A stretch of 64,000 nt of DNA, taken from contig NW_025964090.1 in NCBI RefSeq assembly GCF_023055435.1, positions 3,224,001-3,288,000 on the forward strand. The letters run 5' to 3'. The stretch comes from Haliotis rufescens (Eukaryota). The position numbers and the translations under genes were made by a program. Of this stretch, positions 26,701-40,821 are shown in pieces (positions within the stretch are counted from its first letter, which is position 1; every line of letters starts with the position of its first letter). The notes under the pieces were generated by a model, which worked only from the letters and a program-made list of their open reading frames with translations, had not been told where the DNA came from and did not search any database.

Positions 26701-29700
26701 TGTGTGTGCCTAGATGAGATGGCGTCGTTGTTTAAAGGAAAGTATCACTTGTGTTGAGGTTGATGTTCAGATGGATCCATTCCTGTGGTGTATTGAAGTC
26801 GCAGTCAGTAAGGAAAAGCATTCTGTTGTCATCCTCCGTAACTATCATGTTGTGTGGTTAACACAGGTATAATTAGTAAGTCTTTGTTTGGAAATTAAAT
26901 CAGCAAGTCGCAGACGTAGTTATAACATGATACCGCGTTTGTGCCATCAGTAACTATTTGCTTGAAGGAAGTTATTTGGTGTATATTATAGAATGTTCAC
27001 TTCATTTACTCGGCAGGTGCAACGATGTTTCAGATTGTTTTTAAATAGAATTCAGTTGTAAGTATGAGGGTCCTTTCCAAATACTCCCGCATGTATTACT
27101 GTAAAAACGCCAGTGGTCTACCCGAGCTTGGTTTCGTTGCTAGGATTTGATGTGCGTTCTTTGCTGTAAATTTGTGCATTTTGTTTGCAAACTGTGCTAA
27201 TTCATGACAGAGAGCATCGTATTGGGTTGATAAAGGGACCGTGTCTGTCTCAGTGGCCCGTATAATCAGGAGCGACCCTTGCCAAATAGTTACAGGTGTC
27301 CACAAACGGTTTACGACACAGTTGTGATGTCGTTAAGCAGGAATCTGTGACGTCAACAATGAAGCAACGTCATTGTTTATTGTGTCCCCATAAGTAATGA
27401 CATCACAGAATAGATACGTCGACAATCAGCTGACGTCATAGACAATAAGATTATCGGCAGTGTACGCTGCCGGAGGACGTGTTGCTTTCGGGATGTATCA
27501 CAAAAGCAGGTTTTGTTGTGACAGGAACGGGATTAGGCAGAGGTAAGTCAGAGGCTATATTCTTTGATGCGAAACCATTTTCTTTCAATATTCAAACAGA
27601 CCTTCGCGTTATGTAGTGACGTGTGTTCACTACAGACGACTGTTTAGATTTGGTGATTGTATACTAAATTCCTCTGTCTAGTAATTTAGTATGAAAAATA
27701 GACAAAGCTTATGGTGACCAGGAAAATGTTCTTGGCAGTGTCGGCATTTTGGTATTGAATGAATGGTCTTGCTACGAGCGTTAAATTTGCTTTTAATTGA
27801 ATGTGATTGGATGACTAGTATGTTGCCCTTTCAGAGTTACAGAGTTAACGTTCGGATTTATTTCATTTACTCGGCATGTGCAACGATGCTTCAGATTGTT
27901 TTTAAATAGAATTCAGTTTTAAGTATGAGGGTCCTTTCCAAATACTCCCGCATGTATTACTGTAAAAACGCCAGTGGTCTGTCTACCTGAGGTTGGTTTC
28001 GTTGCTAGGATTTGATGTGCGTTCTTTGCTGTAAATTTTGTGCATTTTGTTTGCAAACTGTGCTAATTCATGACAGAGAGCATCGTATTGGGTTGATAAA
28101 GGGACCGTGTCTGTCTCAGTGGCCCGTATAATCAGGAACGACCCTTGCCAAATAATTACAGGGGTCCACAAACGGTTTAGGACACAGTTGTGATGTCGTT
28201 AAGCAGGAATTTGTGACGTCAACAATGAAGCAACGTCATTGTTTATTGTGTCCCCATGAGTAATGACATCACAGAATAGATACGTCGACAATCAGCTGAC
28301 GTCATAGACAATCAGATTATCGGCAGTGTACGCTGCCGGAGGACGTGTTGCTTTCGGGATGTTTCACAAAAGCAGGTTTTGTTGTGACAGGAACGGCATT
28401 AGGCAGAGGTAAGTCAGAGGCTATATTCTTTGATGCGAAACCATTTTCTTTCAATATTCAAACAGACCTTCGCGTTATGCAATGACGTGTGTTCACTGCA
28501 GACGACTGTTTAGATTTGGTGATTGTATACTAAATTCCTCTGTCTAGTAATTTAGTATGAAAAATAGACAAAGCTTATGGTGACCAGGAAAATGTTCTTG
28601 GCAGTGTCGGCATTGTGGTAGTGAATGAATGGTCTTGCTTCGAGCGTTAAATTTGCTTTTAATTGAATGTGATTGGATGACTAGTATGTTGCCCTTTCCA
28701 GGAAATGTACAGAGTTAACGTTCGGATTTGTGTAGTGACTATTGGTTGCCGTCACATAACATGACTTGAATGTGTGTGCCTAGATGAGATGGCGTCGTTG
28801 TTAAAAGGAAAGTATCACTTGTGTTGAGGTTGATGTTCAGATGGATCCATTCCTGTGGTGTATTGAAGTCGCAGTCAGTAAGGAAAAGCATTCTGTTGTC
28901 ATCCTCCGTAACTATCATGTTGTGTGGTTAACACAGGTATAATTAGTAAGTCTTTGTTTGGAAATTAAATCAGCAAGTCGCAGACGTAGTTATAACATGA
29001 TACCGCGTTTGTGCCATCAGTAACTATTTGCTTGAAGGAAGTTATTTGGTGTATATTATAGAATGTTCACTTCATTTACTCGGCAGGTGCAACGATGCTT
29101 TAGATTGTTTTTAAATAGAATTCAGTTGTAAGTATGAGGGTCCTTTCCAAATACTCCCGCATGTATTACTGTAAAAACGCCAGTGGTCTACCCGAGCTTG
29201 GTTTCGTTACTATGATTTGATGTGCGTTCTTTGCTGTAAATTTGTGCATTTTGTTTGCAAACTGTGCTAATTCATGACAGAGAGCATCGTATTGGGTTGA
29301 TAAAGGGACCGTGTCTGTCTCAGTGGCCCGTATAATCAGGAGCGACCCTTGCCAAATAGTTACAGGGGTCCACAAACGGTTTACGACACAGTTGTGATGT
29401 CGTTAAGCAGGAATCTGTGACGTCAACAATGAAGCAACGTCATTGTTTATTGTGTCCCCATAAGTAATGACATCACAGAATAGATACGTCGACAATCAGC
29501 TGACGTCATAGACAATCAGATTATCGGCAGTGTACGCTGCCGGAGGACGTGTTGCTTTCGGGATGTATCACAAAAGCAGGTTTTGTTGTGACAGGAACGG
29601 GATTAGGCAGAGGTAAGTCAGAGGCTATATTCTTTGATGCGAAACCATTTTCTTTCAATATTCAAACAGACCTTCGCGTTATGTAGTGACGTGTGTTCAC

Positions 29701-32682
29701 TGCAGACGACTGTTTAGATTTGGTGATTGTATACTAAATTCCTCTGTCTAGTAATTTAGTATGAAAAATAGACAAAGCTTATGGTGACCAGGAAAATGTT
29801 CTTGGCAGTGTCGGCATTGTGGTAGTGAATGAATGGTCTTGCTACGAGCGTTAAATTTGCTTTTAATTGAATGTGATTGGATGACTAGTATGTTGCCCTT
29901 TCAGAGATACAGAGTTAACGTTCGGATTTGTTTCATTTACTCGGCATGTGCAACGATGCTTCAGATTGTTTTGAAATAGAATTCAGTTTTAAGTATGAGG
30001 GTCCTTTCCAAATACTCCCGCATGTATTACTGTAAAAACGCCAGTGGTCTGTCTACCTGAGGTTGGTTTCGTTGCTAGGATTTGATGTGCGTTCTTTGCT
30101 GTAAATTTTGTGCATTTTGTTTGCAAACTGTGCTAATTCATGACAGAGAGCATCGTATTGGGTTGATAAAGGGACCGTGTCTGTCTCAGTGGCCCGTATA
30201 ATCAGGAACGACCCTTGCCAAATAGTTACAGGGGTCCACAAACGGTTTACGACACAGTTGTGATGTCGTTAAGCAGGAATCTGTGACGTCAACAATGAAG
30301 CAACGTCATTGTTTATTGTGTCCCCATAAGTAATGACATCACAGAATAGATACGTCGACAATCAGCTGACGTCATAGACAATCAGATTATCGGCAGTGTA
30401 CGCTGCCGGAGGACGTGTTGCTTTCGGGATGTTTCACAAAAGCAGGTTTTGTTGTGACAGGAACGGCATTAGGCAGAGGTAAGTCAGAGGCTATATTCTT
30501 TGATGCGAAACCATTTTCTTTCAATATTCAAACAGACCTTCGCGTTATGCAATGACGTGTGTTCACTGCAGACGACTGTTTAGATTTGGTGATTGTATAC
30601 TAAATTCTTCTGTCTAGTAATTTAGTATGAAAAATAGACAAAGCTTATGGTGACCAGGAAAATGTTCTTGGCAGTGTCGGCATTTTGGTAGTGAATGAAT
30701 GGTCTTGCTACGAGCGTTAAATTTGCTTTTAATTGAATGTGATTGGATGACTGGTATGTTGCCCTTTCCAGGAAATGTACAGAGTTAACGTTCGGATTTG
30801 TGTAGTGACTATTGGTTGCCGTCACATAACATGACTTGAATGTGTGTGCCTAGATGAGATGGCGTCGTTGTTAAAAGGAAAGTATCACTTGTGTTGAGGT
30901 TGATGTTCAGATGGATCCATTCCTTTGGTGTATTGAAGTCGCAGTCAGTAAGGAAAAGCATTCTGTTGTCATCCTCCGTAACTATCATGTTGTGTGGTTA
31001 ACACAGGTATAATTAGTAAGTCTTTGTTTGGAAATTAAATCAGCAAGTCGCAGACGTAGTTATAACATGATACCGCGTTTGTGCCATCAGTAACTATTTG
31101 CTTGAAGGAAGTTATTTGGTATATGTTATAGAATGTTCACTTCATTTACTCGGCAGGTGCAACGATGCTTCAGATTGTTTTTAAATAGAATTCAGTTGTA
31201 AGTATGAGGGTCCTTTCCAAATACTCCCGCATGTATTACTGTAAAAACGCCAGTGGTCTACCCGAGCTTGGTTTCGTTACTATGATTTGATGTGCGTTCT
31301 TTGCTGTAAATTTGTGCATTTTGTTTGCAAACTGTGCTAATTCATGACAGAGAGCATCGTATTGGGTTGATAAAGGGACCGTGTCTGTCTCAGTGGCCCG
31401 TATAATCAGGAGCGACGCTTGCCAAATAATTACAGGGGTCCACAAACGGTTTACGACACAGTTGTGATGTCGTTAAGCAGGAATCTATGACGTCAACAAT
31501 GAAGCAACGTCATTTTTTATTGTGTCCCAATAAGTAATGACATCACAGAATAAATACGTCGACAATCAGCTGACGTCATAGACAATCAGATTATCGGCAG
31601 TGTACGCTGCCGGAGGACGTGTTGCTTTCTGGGTGTATTACAAAAGCAGGTTTTGTTGTGACAGGAACGGGATTAGGCAGAGGTAAGTCAGAGGCTATAT
31701 TCTTAGATGCGAAACCATTTTCTTTCAATATTCAAACAGACCTTCGCGTTATGCAGTGACGTGTGTTCACTGCAGACGACTGTTTAGATTTGGTGATTGT
31801 ATACTAAATACCTGTCTATTAATTTAGTATAAATAATAGATAAAGCTTTTGGTGACCAGGAAAATGTTCTTGGCAGTGTCGGCATTGTGGTGTTGAATGA
31901 ATGGGCTTGCTACGAGCGTTAAATTTGCTTTTAATTGAATGTGATTGGATAACTAGTATGCTGCCCTTTCCAGGAAATGTACAGAGTTAACGTATGGATT
32001 TGTGTAGTGACTGTTGGTTGCCGTCACATCATATTACTTGAATGTGTGTGCCTAGATGAGATCGCGTAGTTGTTAAAAGGAAAGTATTACTTGTGTTGAG
32101 GTTGGTGTTCAGATGGATCCATTCCTGTGGTGTATTGAAGTCGCAGTCAGTAAGGAAAAGCATTCTGTTGTCATCCTCCGTAACTATCATGTTGTGTGGT
32201 TAACACAGGTATAATTAGTAAGTCTTTGTTTGGAAATTAAATCAGCAAGTCGCAGACGTAGTTATAACATGAGACCGCGTTTGTGCCATCAGTAACTAGT
32301 TGCTTGAAGGAAGTTATTTGGTGTATGTTATAGAATGTTCACTTCATTTACTCGGCAGGTGCAACGATGCTTCAGATTGTTTTTAAATAGAATTCAGTTT
32401 TAAGTATGAGGGTCCTTTCCAAATACTCCCGCATGTATTACTGTAAAAACGCCAGTGGTCTGTCTACCTGAGGTTGGTTTCGTTGCTAGGATTTGATGTG
32501 CGTTCTTTGCTGTAAATTTGTGCATTTTGTTTGCAAACTGTGCTAATTCATGACAGAGAGCATCGTATTGGGTTGATAAAGGGACCGTGTCTGTCTCAGT
32601 GGCCCGTATAATCAGGAGCGACCCTTGCCAAATAGTTACAGGGGTCCACAAACGGTTTACGACACAGTTGTGATGTCGTTAA

Positions 32683-35600
32683 CCCCCTGGATGCCAGAGG
32701 GACATATATGTCCTTCCTCTACAACCCTCACTTTGAAGTCGAATAAAATTCAACATACATCATGCACACTTATACACATCACAGTTTTGAATAAGGTGGG
32801 AGATTCCCTGTTCTGTGATATTATTCATTTGCTTTTTAGGCCAAGCAAAAGTACAAAAAATGACCTCTGAAAATTAGGTACTTCGTAAATGTCGCCATGT
32901 TTTACACATTACTAAATCACCACTCGCCGCGTTATTTACAACATGTTCTGGAATCTAAATTTCGGATATTTACTCCGAGAAATGAATTTCAAAAATAGCA
33001 TATTAGTGATCACGGGTATCTGTCCTTTATGAAATCACCAATGATCATTCAAAAACGTCTCCGATAACCCTAGAATCGTTTAGAATGTTTCGGAAAATAC
33101 GCAAACACGAACGCCGAAGTGAACTTTCCGCCATATTGGATAGTGTTTACAAAATCACGTTTCAGGTACACCGGTTATGAAGCGCCTGAAACATCCCGTC
33201 TATTCCAAACTTTGCTGCGATACACACATCCTTGAATTCCTCATACATTTTAGAATCGAATGAACAATGGTCTTTGTCACCAATACGAAGTGGCTGGATG
33301 AAATCAAGCAATATAAGTCAGGTGTGAAAACGAACGCTGTGCTCGAAACACTGCACTTGTTTGAAGTGTAAACAAAGCAAAATACAGATTTTACACACTG
33401 TAGCATTTTCTCCTATTTTGAGCTATCCATTCGTCTATTCGTTCAAAATATTGGCTCAACATTTGCAGAATAGTCATGGGAAGAGAATCGTAGGAAGAAA
33501 TAGGGAATTTAAAATAGATACATTGACAACTTCTGTTGAAAATATCAAATCATTGCAAAGTTACCGTCCTGTGTGACGCCATGACTGACGCAAAATCACG
33601 CACAACGACAACGGTATTTATCGGAATTTCTGACTATTTCGGTTTGTTTCAATGGAAATTATAACAACAAATAACAGTACATAGATTGTCAGAATGTTTC
33701 TGATTACTTACATGTCACATTTATGTAAATACGATCCCTGAATCAACGAAAGTCCCCTCGTAAAATCCCGCGTACTGTTGACAGTGAACACGCCATTTTG
33801 TAAAAGTCGGTCACAGGTAGTGATGTCATACGTCAACATTGTTGTACATATTTGGTAATTTCTTTGAGGTGAAGGTCTTTGAATGAGAGTGCACACGATC
33901 ATTGTACCATGCTGTTTACAGTTTCAATTATGATGCAGATTTTGCACATCTTTTATACTTTGTTTCACACAATTAGATTCTAATTTCACTTTGGACATTT
34001 GTCAATGTTCAAAATGATATCATACGTAAATATCGGCCACAACATGTATGAAGGAACCTTGATAATCTCCTGTTAGTTTGAACATTGTTTACATAACAAT
34101 TGATAGGCTTTTAGTGTCGCATACGATATTTCTTTCCTTTGGACAAGTGTTACAAGAAGTGTAAATGTAACTGCAGCATGTACGCATTTCTTGGGATGTG
34201 CAATAGTCAATATTATAAGTTCATATTAGCAATGTCCATGAATAGCCGTTTCATTTTATTTTATAACTAAAACTGAATATATTACGTTTACAAAAAAAAA
34301 TCGGTAAAATATATGCACACATTTCTGAAAGAACTGTCTTGGTCTTGGAACTGTTTTTGATGTCGTTTGATACACAGAACAGTGATATCTAACGATTCGC
34401 CAGGTGCGCGTTAGTCACACACATTTTACGAATTATTCCTCTCGTTTTGCATTATATAATCAATGGGTTCATTCTTTTTTCAATATTGTGATCACGGGAT
34501 ATTAAACTGTTTACTTAATTTCTCCAGAAATTTTAAAATGTATAAAATACAATCCATGCCAGGTACCCCGTTTGTTCAACCTTATACGATTATCCTGATA
34601 ATTCTATAACAATATGATAGTGCTTTCTTCGCATCTTTTATTGTTTCATTCTGAGACGAGATGAAGAGAAATACTAACATGAAAATGAACAAATACTGAA
34701 TATAATTTTGGTTGTTTTGAAATATTCTTTTGTGAATTTCATAACTTAAATTGATGCCAAACAGGTGCGTGTCCTGTCCAATTAAGATACACGATAAACT
34801 ATCTAATTGTTTACATATTCAAGACATTATTTACTTGGTGAAAGCAGTAATTTTATGTTGTGTCGAAAAAGCGTCAAATTCCGTTTTACACATCGAGATT
34901 TTCCAAACCATGAACGAAAATTATGGGAGATATATATAAATCAAAATATCAGTGTCGTCTTTCTCCGACGTTATCAAAGACATAAAACCAGCCATGACGT
35001 CAAAAGGAATGGTGTTATTTTGGGGTATTTCATTACATTTGATGATAAAGCTAGTGCTCCATTAATAATGGTGCACCATAAGTCAAATTACACTTACACA
35101 CTCAGGAGAATGTTGGAATATAAGGACTAAGTTATAGGTTAGATAGGGCCATCCATTTCTCTATTACCTCTTTTTTTATGAAGTACGATTTCATCATTTC
35201 TTGTGGGTTTTATTTATAAGAAAACGTATACAGTTTCAATATCGATATTTGTGTTGGAATAGTTTGGTTCCTCGTGAACGAAACACAACGAAAATACATT
35301 GTCCTTACCCACAGCTAATTCTCACCAATTGACCTGAGTTACAATAATCTAGTGCTAAGCATAGCGGAGTTATGCCCCCTTTTCTTTGTACGCGTGTAAC
35401 CTCTCGGTCGCCTTGTGACGTCATAGAGAAAAATCAGTTTTCGTCATTTACGGCATGCTATTTTTGGCATTGAATGTATGTCGTTACACATACGCATATA
35501 ACTCCATTTGATATATAGTTATGTCGTTCAGATATAAGGAAGTATTTTGTTCGCTGACAGTTTCCGTAAAGCTTCGAAATAAAAAAAATCGTCGCACAGT

Positions 35601-35875
35601 ACTTTTATCGATGTACGATAAAAAGCGGAGAAATTTACTGTTTTTCAACGCAGAATAAAGTCTCGGACAACACTTAGAAGCGTATTTCTTTAAAACCGGT
35701 TTAATATTTGCAGTTAACTTAACACCATCAAATAGGAAATTTAATATTCTCCACCTCTGCGTAAGTTTATAGCCAGAGGTAGATCCAGTGCCGCGTGAGC
35801 GCAATTCTCGCACAACCTTCACTTTTCCGATCTTAGGAAAATGTGCGTCAGAAAAAAATCTCGGCATCCAGAGGG
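32683..35875. mobile_element. Non-autonomous piggyBac-type DNA transposon inserted in the array
   Basis: TTAA duplication on both sides. TIRs CCCCCTGGATGCC / GGCATCCAGAGGG. The array unit resumes exactly after it. No transposase ORF. Confidence 0.9.
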
Positions 35876-38762
35876 TTAAGCAGGAATCTGTGACGTCAAC
35901 AATGAAGCAACGTCATTGTTTATTGTGTCCCCATAAGTAATGACATCACAGAATAAATACGTCAACAATCAGCTGACGTCATAGACAATCAGATTATCGG
36001 CAGTGTACGCTGCCGGAGGACGTGTTGCTTTCGGGATGTATCACAAAAGCAGGTTTTGTTGTGACAGGAACATGATTAGGCGGAGGTAAGTCAGAGGCTA
36101 TATTCTTTGATGCGAAACCATTTTCTTTCAATATTCAAACAGACCTTCGCGTTATGCAGTGACGTGTGTTCACTGCAGACGACTGTTTAGATTTGATGAT
36201 TGTATCCTATATTCCTCTGTCTAGTAATTTAGTATGAATAATAGACAAAGCTTATAATGTTCTTGGCAGTGTCGGCATTGTGGTAGTGAATGAATGGGCG
36301 TGTTACGAGCGTTAAATGTGTTTTTAATTGAATGTGATTGGATAACTAGTATGCTGCCCTTTCCAGGAAATGTACAGAGTTAACGTTCGGATTTGTGTTG
36401 TGACTGTTGGTTGCCGTCACATAACATGACTTGAATGTGTGTGCCTAGATGAGATCGCGTAGTTGTTAAAAGGAAAGTATCACTTGTGTTGAGGTTGATG
36501 TTCAGATGGATCCATTCCTTTGGTGTATTGAAGTCGCAGTCAGTAAGGAAAAGCATTCTGTTGTCATCCTCCGTAACTATCATGTTGTGTGGTTAACACA
36601 GGTATATAATTAGTAAGTCTTTGTTTGGAAATTAAATCAGCAAGTCGCAGACGTAGTTATAACATTATACCGCGTTTGTGCCATCAGTAACTATTTGCTT
36701 GAAGGAAGTTATTTGGTGTATATTATAGAATGTTCACTTTATTTACTCGGCAGGTGCAACGATGCTTCAGATTGTTTTTAAATAGAATTCAGTTGTAAGT
36801 ATGAGGGTCCTTTCCAAATACTGCCGCATGTATTACTGTAAAAACGCCAGTGGTCTACCCGAGCTTGGTTTCGTTGCTATGATTTGATGTGCGTTCTTTG
36901 CTGTAAATTTTGTGTATTTTGTTTTTAACCTGTGCTAATTCATGACAGAGAGCATCGTATTGGGATGATAAAGGGACCGTGTCTGTCTCAGTTGCCCGTA
37001 TAATCAGGAGCGACGCTTGCCAAATAGTTACAGGGGTCCACAAACGGTTTAGGACACAGCGGTGATGTCGTTAAGCAGGAATCTGTGACGTCAACAATGA
37101 TGCAACGTCATTTTTTATTGTGTCCCCATGAGTAATGACATCACAGAATAAATACGTCGACAATCAGCTGACGTCATAGACAATCAGATTATCGGCAGTG
37201 TACGCTGCCGGAGGACGTGTTGCTTTCTGGGTGTATTACAAAAGCAGGTTTTGTTGTGACAGGACCGGGATTAGGCAGAGGTAAGTCAGAGGCTATATTC
37301 TTAGATGCGAAACCATTTTCTTTCAATATTCAAACAGACCTTCGCGTTATGCAGTGACGTTGATGTTGATGTTCAGATGGATCCATTCCTGTGGTGTATT
37401 GAAGTCGCAGTCAGTAAGGAAAAGCATTCTGTTGTCATCCTCCGTAACTATCATGTTGTGTTGTTAACACAGGTATAATTAGTAAGTCTTTGTTTTTGAA
37501 ATTAAATCAGCAAGTCGCAGACGTAGTTATAACATGAGACCGCGTTTGTGCCATCAGTAACTATTTGCTTGAAGGAAGTTATTTGGTATATGTTATAGAA
37601 TGTTCACTTCATTTACTCGGCAGGTGCAACGATGCTTCAGATTGTTTTTAATTAGAATTCAGTTGTAAGTATGAGGGCCGTTTCCAAATACTGCCGCATG
37701 TATTACTGTAAAAACGCCAGTGGTCTGTCTACCTGAGGTTGGTTTCGTTGCTAGGATTTGATGTGCGTTCTTTGCTGTAAATTTTGTGCATTTTGTTTGC
37801 AAACTGTGCTAATTCATGACAGAAAGCATCGTATTGGGTTGATAAAGGGACCGTGTCTGTCTCAGTGGCCCGTATAATCAGGAGCGACCCTTGCCAAATA
37901 GTTACAGGTGTCCACAAACGGTTTACGACACAGTTGTGATGTCGTTAAGCAGGAATCTGTGACGTCAACAATGAAGCAACGTCATTGTTTATTGTGTCCC
38001 CATAAGTAATGACATCACAGAATAGATACGTCGACAATCAGCTGACGTCATAGACAATAAGATTATCGGCAGTGTACGCTGCCGGAGGACGTGTTGCTTT
38101 CGGGATGTATCACAAAAGCAGGTTTTGTTGTGACAGGAACGGGATTAGGCAGAGGTAAATCAGAGGCTATATTCTTTGATGCGAAGCCATTTTAATGAGT
38201 ATAGATAATCTGTCATATCCCTTAGTGTTCCTTTTCTTCTTTTTAGCAGTATATATCATTCTAGCCGTTACGGACAAGGAGAATATTTCATGACATGACA
38301 GATTACTTGGAGTCTCATGAACAAATCAGGGGCTCTTTGACTTATTTTGAGTTGTATCTATCATTCTGACTATTGAGATGACTGATTAAAAACAGATTAA
38401 TTCATGATTAATTATAGTCGTAATAAAAACCGGATAATTTTGAGTAATTCATATCATCAAATTTGAGTGAGCATACATGTCTTCAATCCAACTTGTCAGG
38501 ACTGCCAATTCGATGGAACCTAGTCCCTCTTTGATGTAAGTCACGAGAGTGACACTGAAATTGAAACAAGGCTAGTTTTACCGAGTTACAGTAGTCCTAA
38601 TGAGGAAGTGAGTGATGCTTGTTTATGCAGCAGTCAGTACTAGTACAGCTATATCATGGTGGGCTGTTAGTGATCGCACATGGACCAAAAAGCGCAAGGA
38701 GTGATATTGTGAACAACTATCCACGTCGTCATGGTACGATGACACACCGATTCTTATTTATA

Positions 38763-39678
38763 AACTAGTGTCCAAAAGAAACGATACCAACTTATTTTCA
38801 AAATTGTTGTTAACTAAGTGAATTGTCTAGTATGAAAACATGCCAATTCGTATTGCACATCCCAAACACAGCATAGTCGATAAAAAATACCGGGAACACG
38901 TGATCACTTCCGGGAAAAAACGTAAATTTCGTGAAAGTGACATTTCCCTCTCTAGCATGTTCTGCACGTGCATAAAAACTGTATAAAACGGCTGGTCAGA
39001 CACGTTGATATCACAGCAACAAAAAGAACACAAGATATGCCACGTTTGACAGCCATCGAGAGAGAGAGAGCCGTTGGAATGGTCCAACAAGGAGCGTCAC
39101 ACGTCGACGTCGCCAGAAGGTTGGGCTGCGCACGCATCACTATCACCAGGTTGATGCAGCGGTTACTTCAGACAGGTCAGACGTCAGACAGGCCCGGGAC
39201 ATGTTCACCGGACATGAATCCCATCGAGCACTTATGGGACCACCTCGATCGGCAAATCCGACGTCGCCGTGTGCCTCCAGTCAACGTCCAGGACTTGGAA
39301 CGATGTCTCCTCGAGGAATGGCAACGCATCACTCCCAACGTCATCAGACGTTTGACGTCATCAGTCCGTAGGCATGTTCTGGCATGTATTGATGCTCACG
39401 GTGGATATACCCGCTACTGACTTGACTTTGAGACGTGTGGTGTGACATTTCCCGTTGTTTCTGTGATCAGTGCTCTAACGAAATGTTCATTTTTCGACCC
39501 CACCCATCTTTAAAGGCTTGTCATATTGGTTGTACAGATTTTATTGAAATGAAATTTTTGTACAGATGTTGTGAAAGGATTTCTCAAAAGCATAAAACCA
39601 ATCCTAAACTTCTGCATTGTTTAGTTTTTCTTTTATGTCGTTGCAAACAGGTGGTATCGTTTCTTTTGGACACTAGTT
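38763..39678 (+). mobile_element. Tc1/mariner element with internally deleted transposase (ORF 39037-39420)
   Basis: TA TSD and TIR aactagtgtccaaaagaaacgatacca. The paired-like HTH N-terminus is fused to the SPDMNPIEHLWD...GGYTRY C-terminus. Confidence 0.93.
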
Positions 39679-40458
39679 TATATAAAATATAAAATATAAT
39701 ATTGAATATAATATTAAATATAAATCCAGCTCTAAAGACGAGACAAGTGCAGCAGCCACCTTTATGTCCTGAAATACCCACTTGTGGTGGACTGTCATCT
39801 TCCCGAGGCAAGGCAGTTAACTGAATATAAAAGTTGAAACTGGACTCTTACGGTCAGTTACCTCCCTTGCCTCGGGAAGATGTGGGCTATTGCAACACTT
39901 TGTTGGGTGACGGACATGTCATTTTGTTCACTAAATTGTAGTGTTATAATATCCCCGCCAATACAGCATATGGCTTAAATGACTGCCTATGAATTCCTAA
40001 AGAATGTTAATCCCCTCTTCCACATTATGATCCTTTCAGAATCTTGTGGACTATGCTTGCCACGTTACTTTTAATTGACACGAGGGCCACATTTGCATAT
40101 AACTGTCGTCTCAGTCGTTTAGAGTTGCGTCCCTTAGGGGTGCCAGGAACCTATGATCGTGTTGATATGTTTCTTGGTTTGTCAGCACCATATTCGTACT
40201 CGTTGGTTTCACCTAAGTGCTGAACGTCCAGATCTGCATCACTTCAGGCTTTCCTCTCGCATCAAGCGGTCATTCAAGCACTCAGTTGACATATTCACAG
40301 CTAATCATCTCTCGAATTGCACATTTGATAATTTGAAACACTATTAGATGCAACAATAAATGTACTCACCCCACGGGGTAGTTAAATCGTGTCCTTCCAG
40401 TATGTATAATATACATACCATGTAATTAACTGAAACCTCCGTGGGAAGTATACTACAT

Positions 40459-40562
40459 AAGGAATTAATGTAAATTCATTGGTAATTCCTTGTATTCACC
40501 AATATTAGGAATTATTCATTGGTGATTACAAGGAATTACCAATGAATGTGCATTAATTCCTT
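40459..40562. repeat. ~100-bp fold-back repeat
   Basis: aaggaattaatg..ttcattggtaattccttgta / tacaaggaattaccaatgaa..cattaattcctt. Confidence 0.8.
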
Positions 40563-40821
40563 TGGTTATTCATGTATTCACTCCCAATTGCGTGGATCGA
40601 TGCTCATGATATAAATCACTGGATTGTCTGGTCCAGACACGATTACTCACAGACCGCAGTCATATAGCTGGGATATTGTTGAGTGCGGCGTTAAACAACA
40701 AACCACCCAACCAACCCACCTTGTATTCACAGTTGTATTACTTTGATAACTAAATTCAGATGCCAGATTATATACAAAGACAACAAAAAATATATTTGTT
40801 CATACTTGTTTTTTTCTGCAG

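Larger units (their letters stand above)
17615..38193. repeat. Macrosatellite-like tandem array, about 16 units of ~1205 bp with 866/874-bp deletion variants
   Basis: The marker ccacaaacgg recurs near 18336, 19545, 20750, 21959, 23165, 24031, 25235, 26101, 27305, 28171, 29375, 30241, 31445, 32651, 37043 and 37917. Units are highly similar. Confidence 0.97.

Noticed and set aside
19357-37917. Recurrent 62-89-aa minus-strand ORFs (MWTPVT...) in every array unit as a peptide gene family
   Set aside because: They start at TTG rather than ATG, copies differ by frameshifts and stop positions, and no domain or signal peptide is recognisable. Recurrence simply follows the DNA repeat.
17615-38193. 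Array as snRNA, SL RNA, 5S, C/D snoRNA or hammerhead retrozyme cluster
   Set aside because: I saw no U1/U2/U4/U5/U6/5S signature, no paired C and D boxes and no CUGANGA core on either strand. A covariance-model search is still needed.
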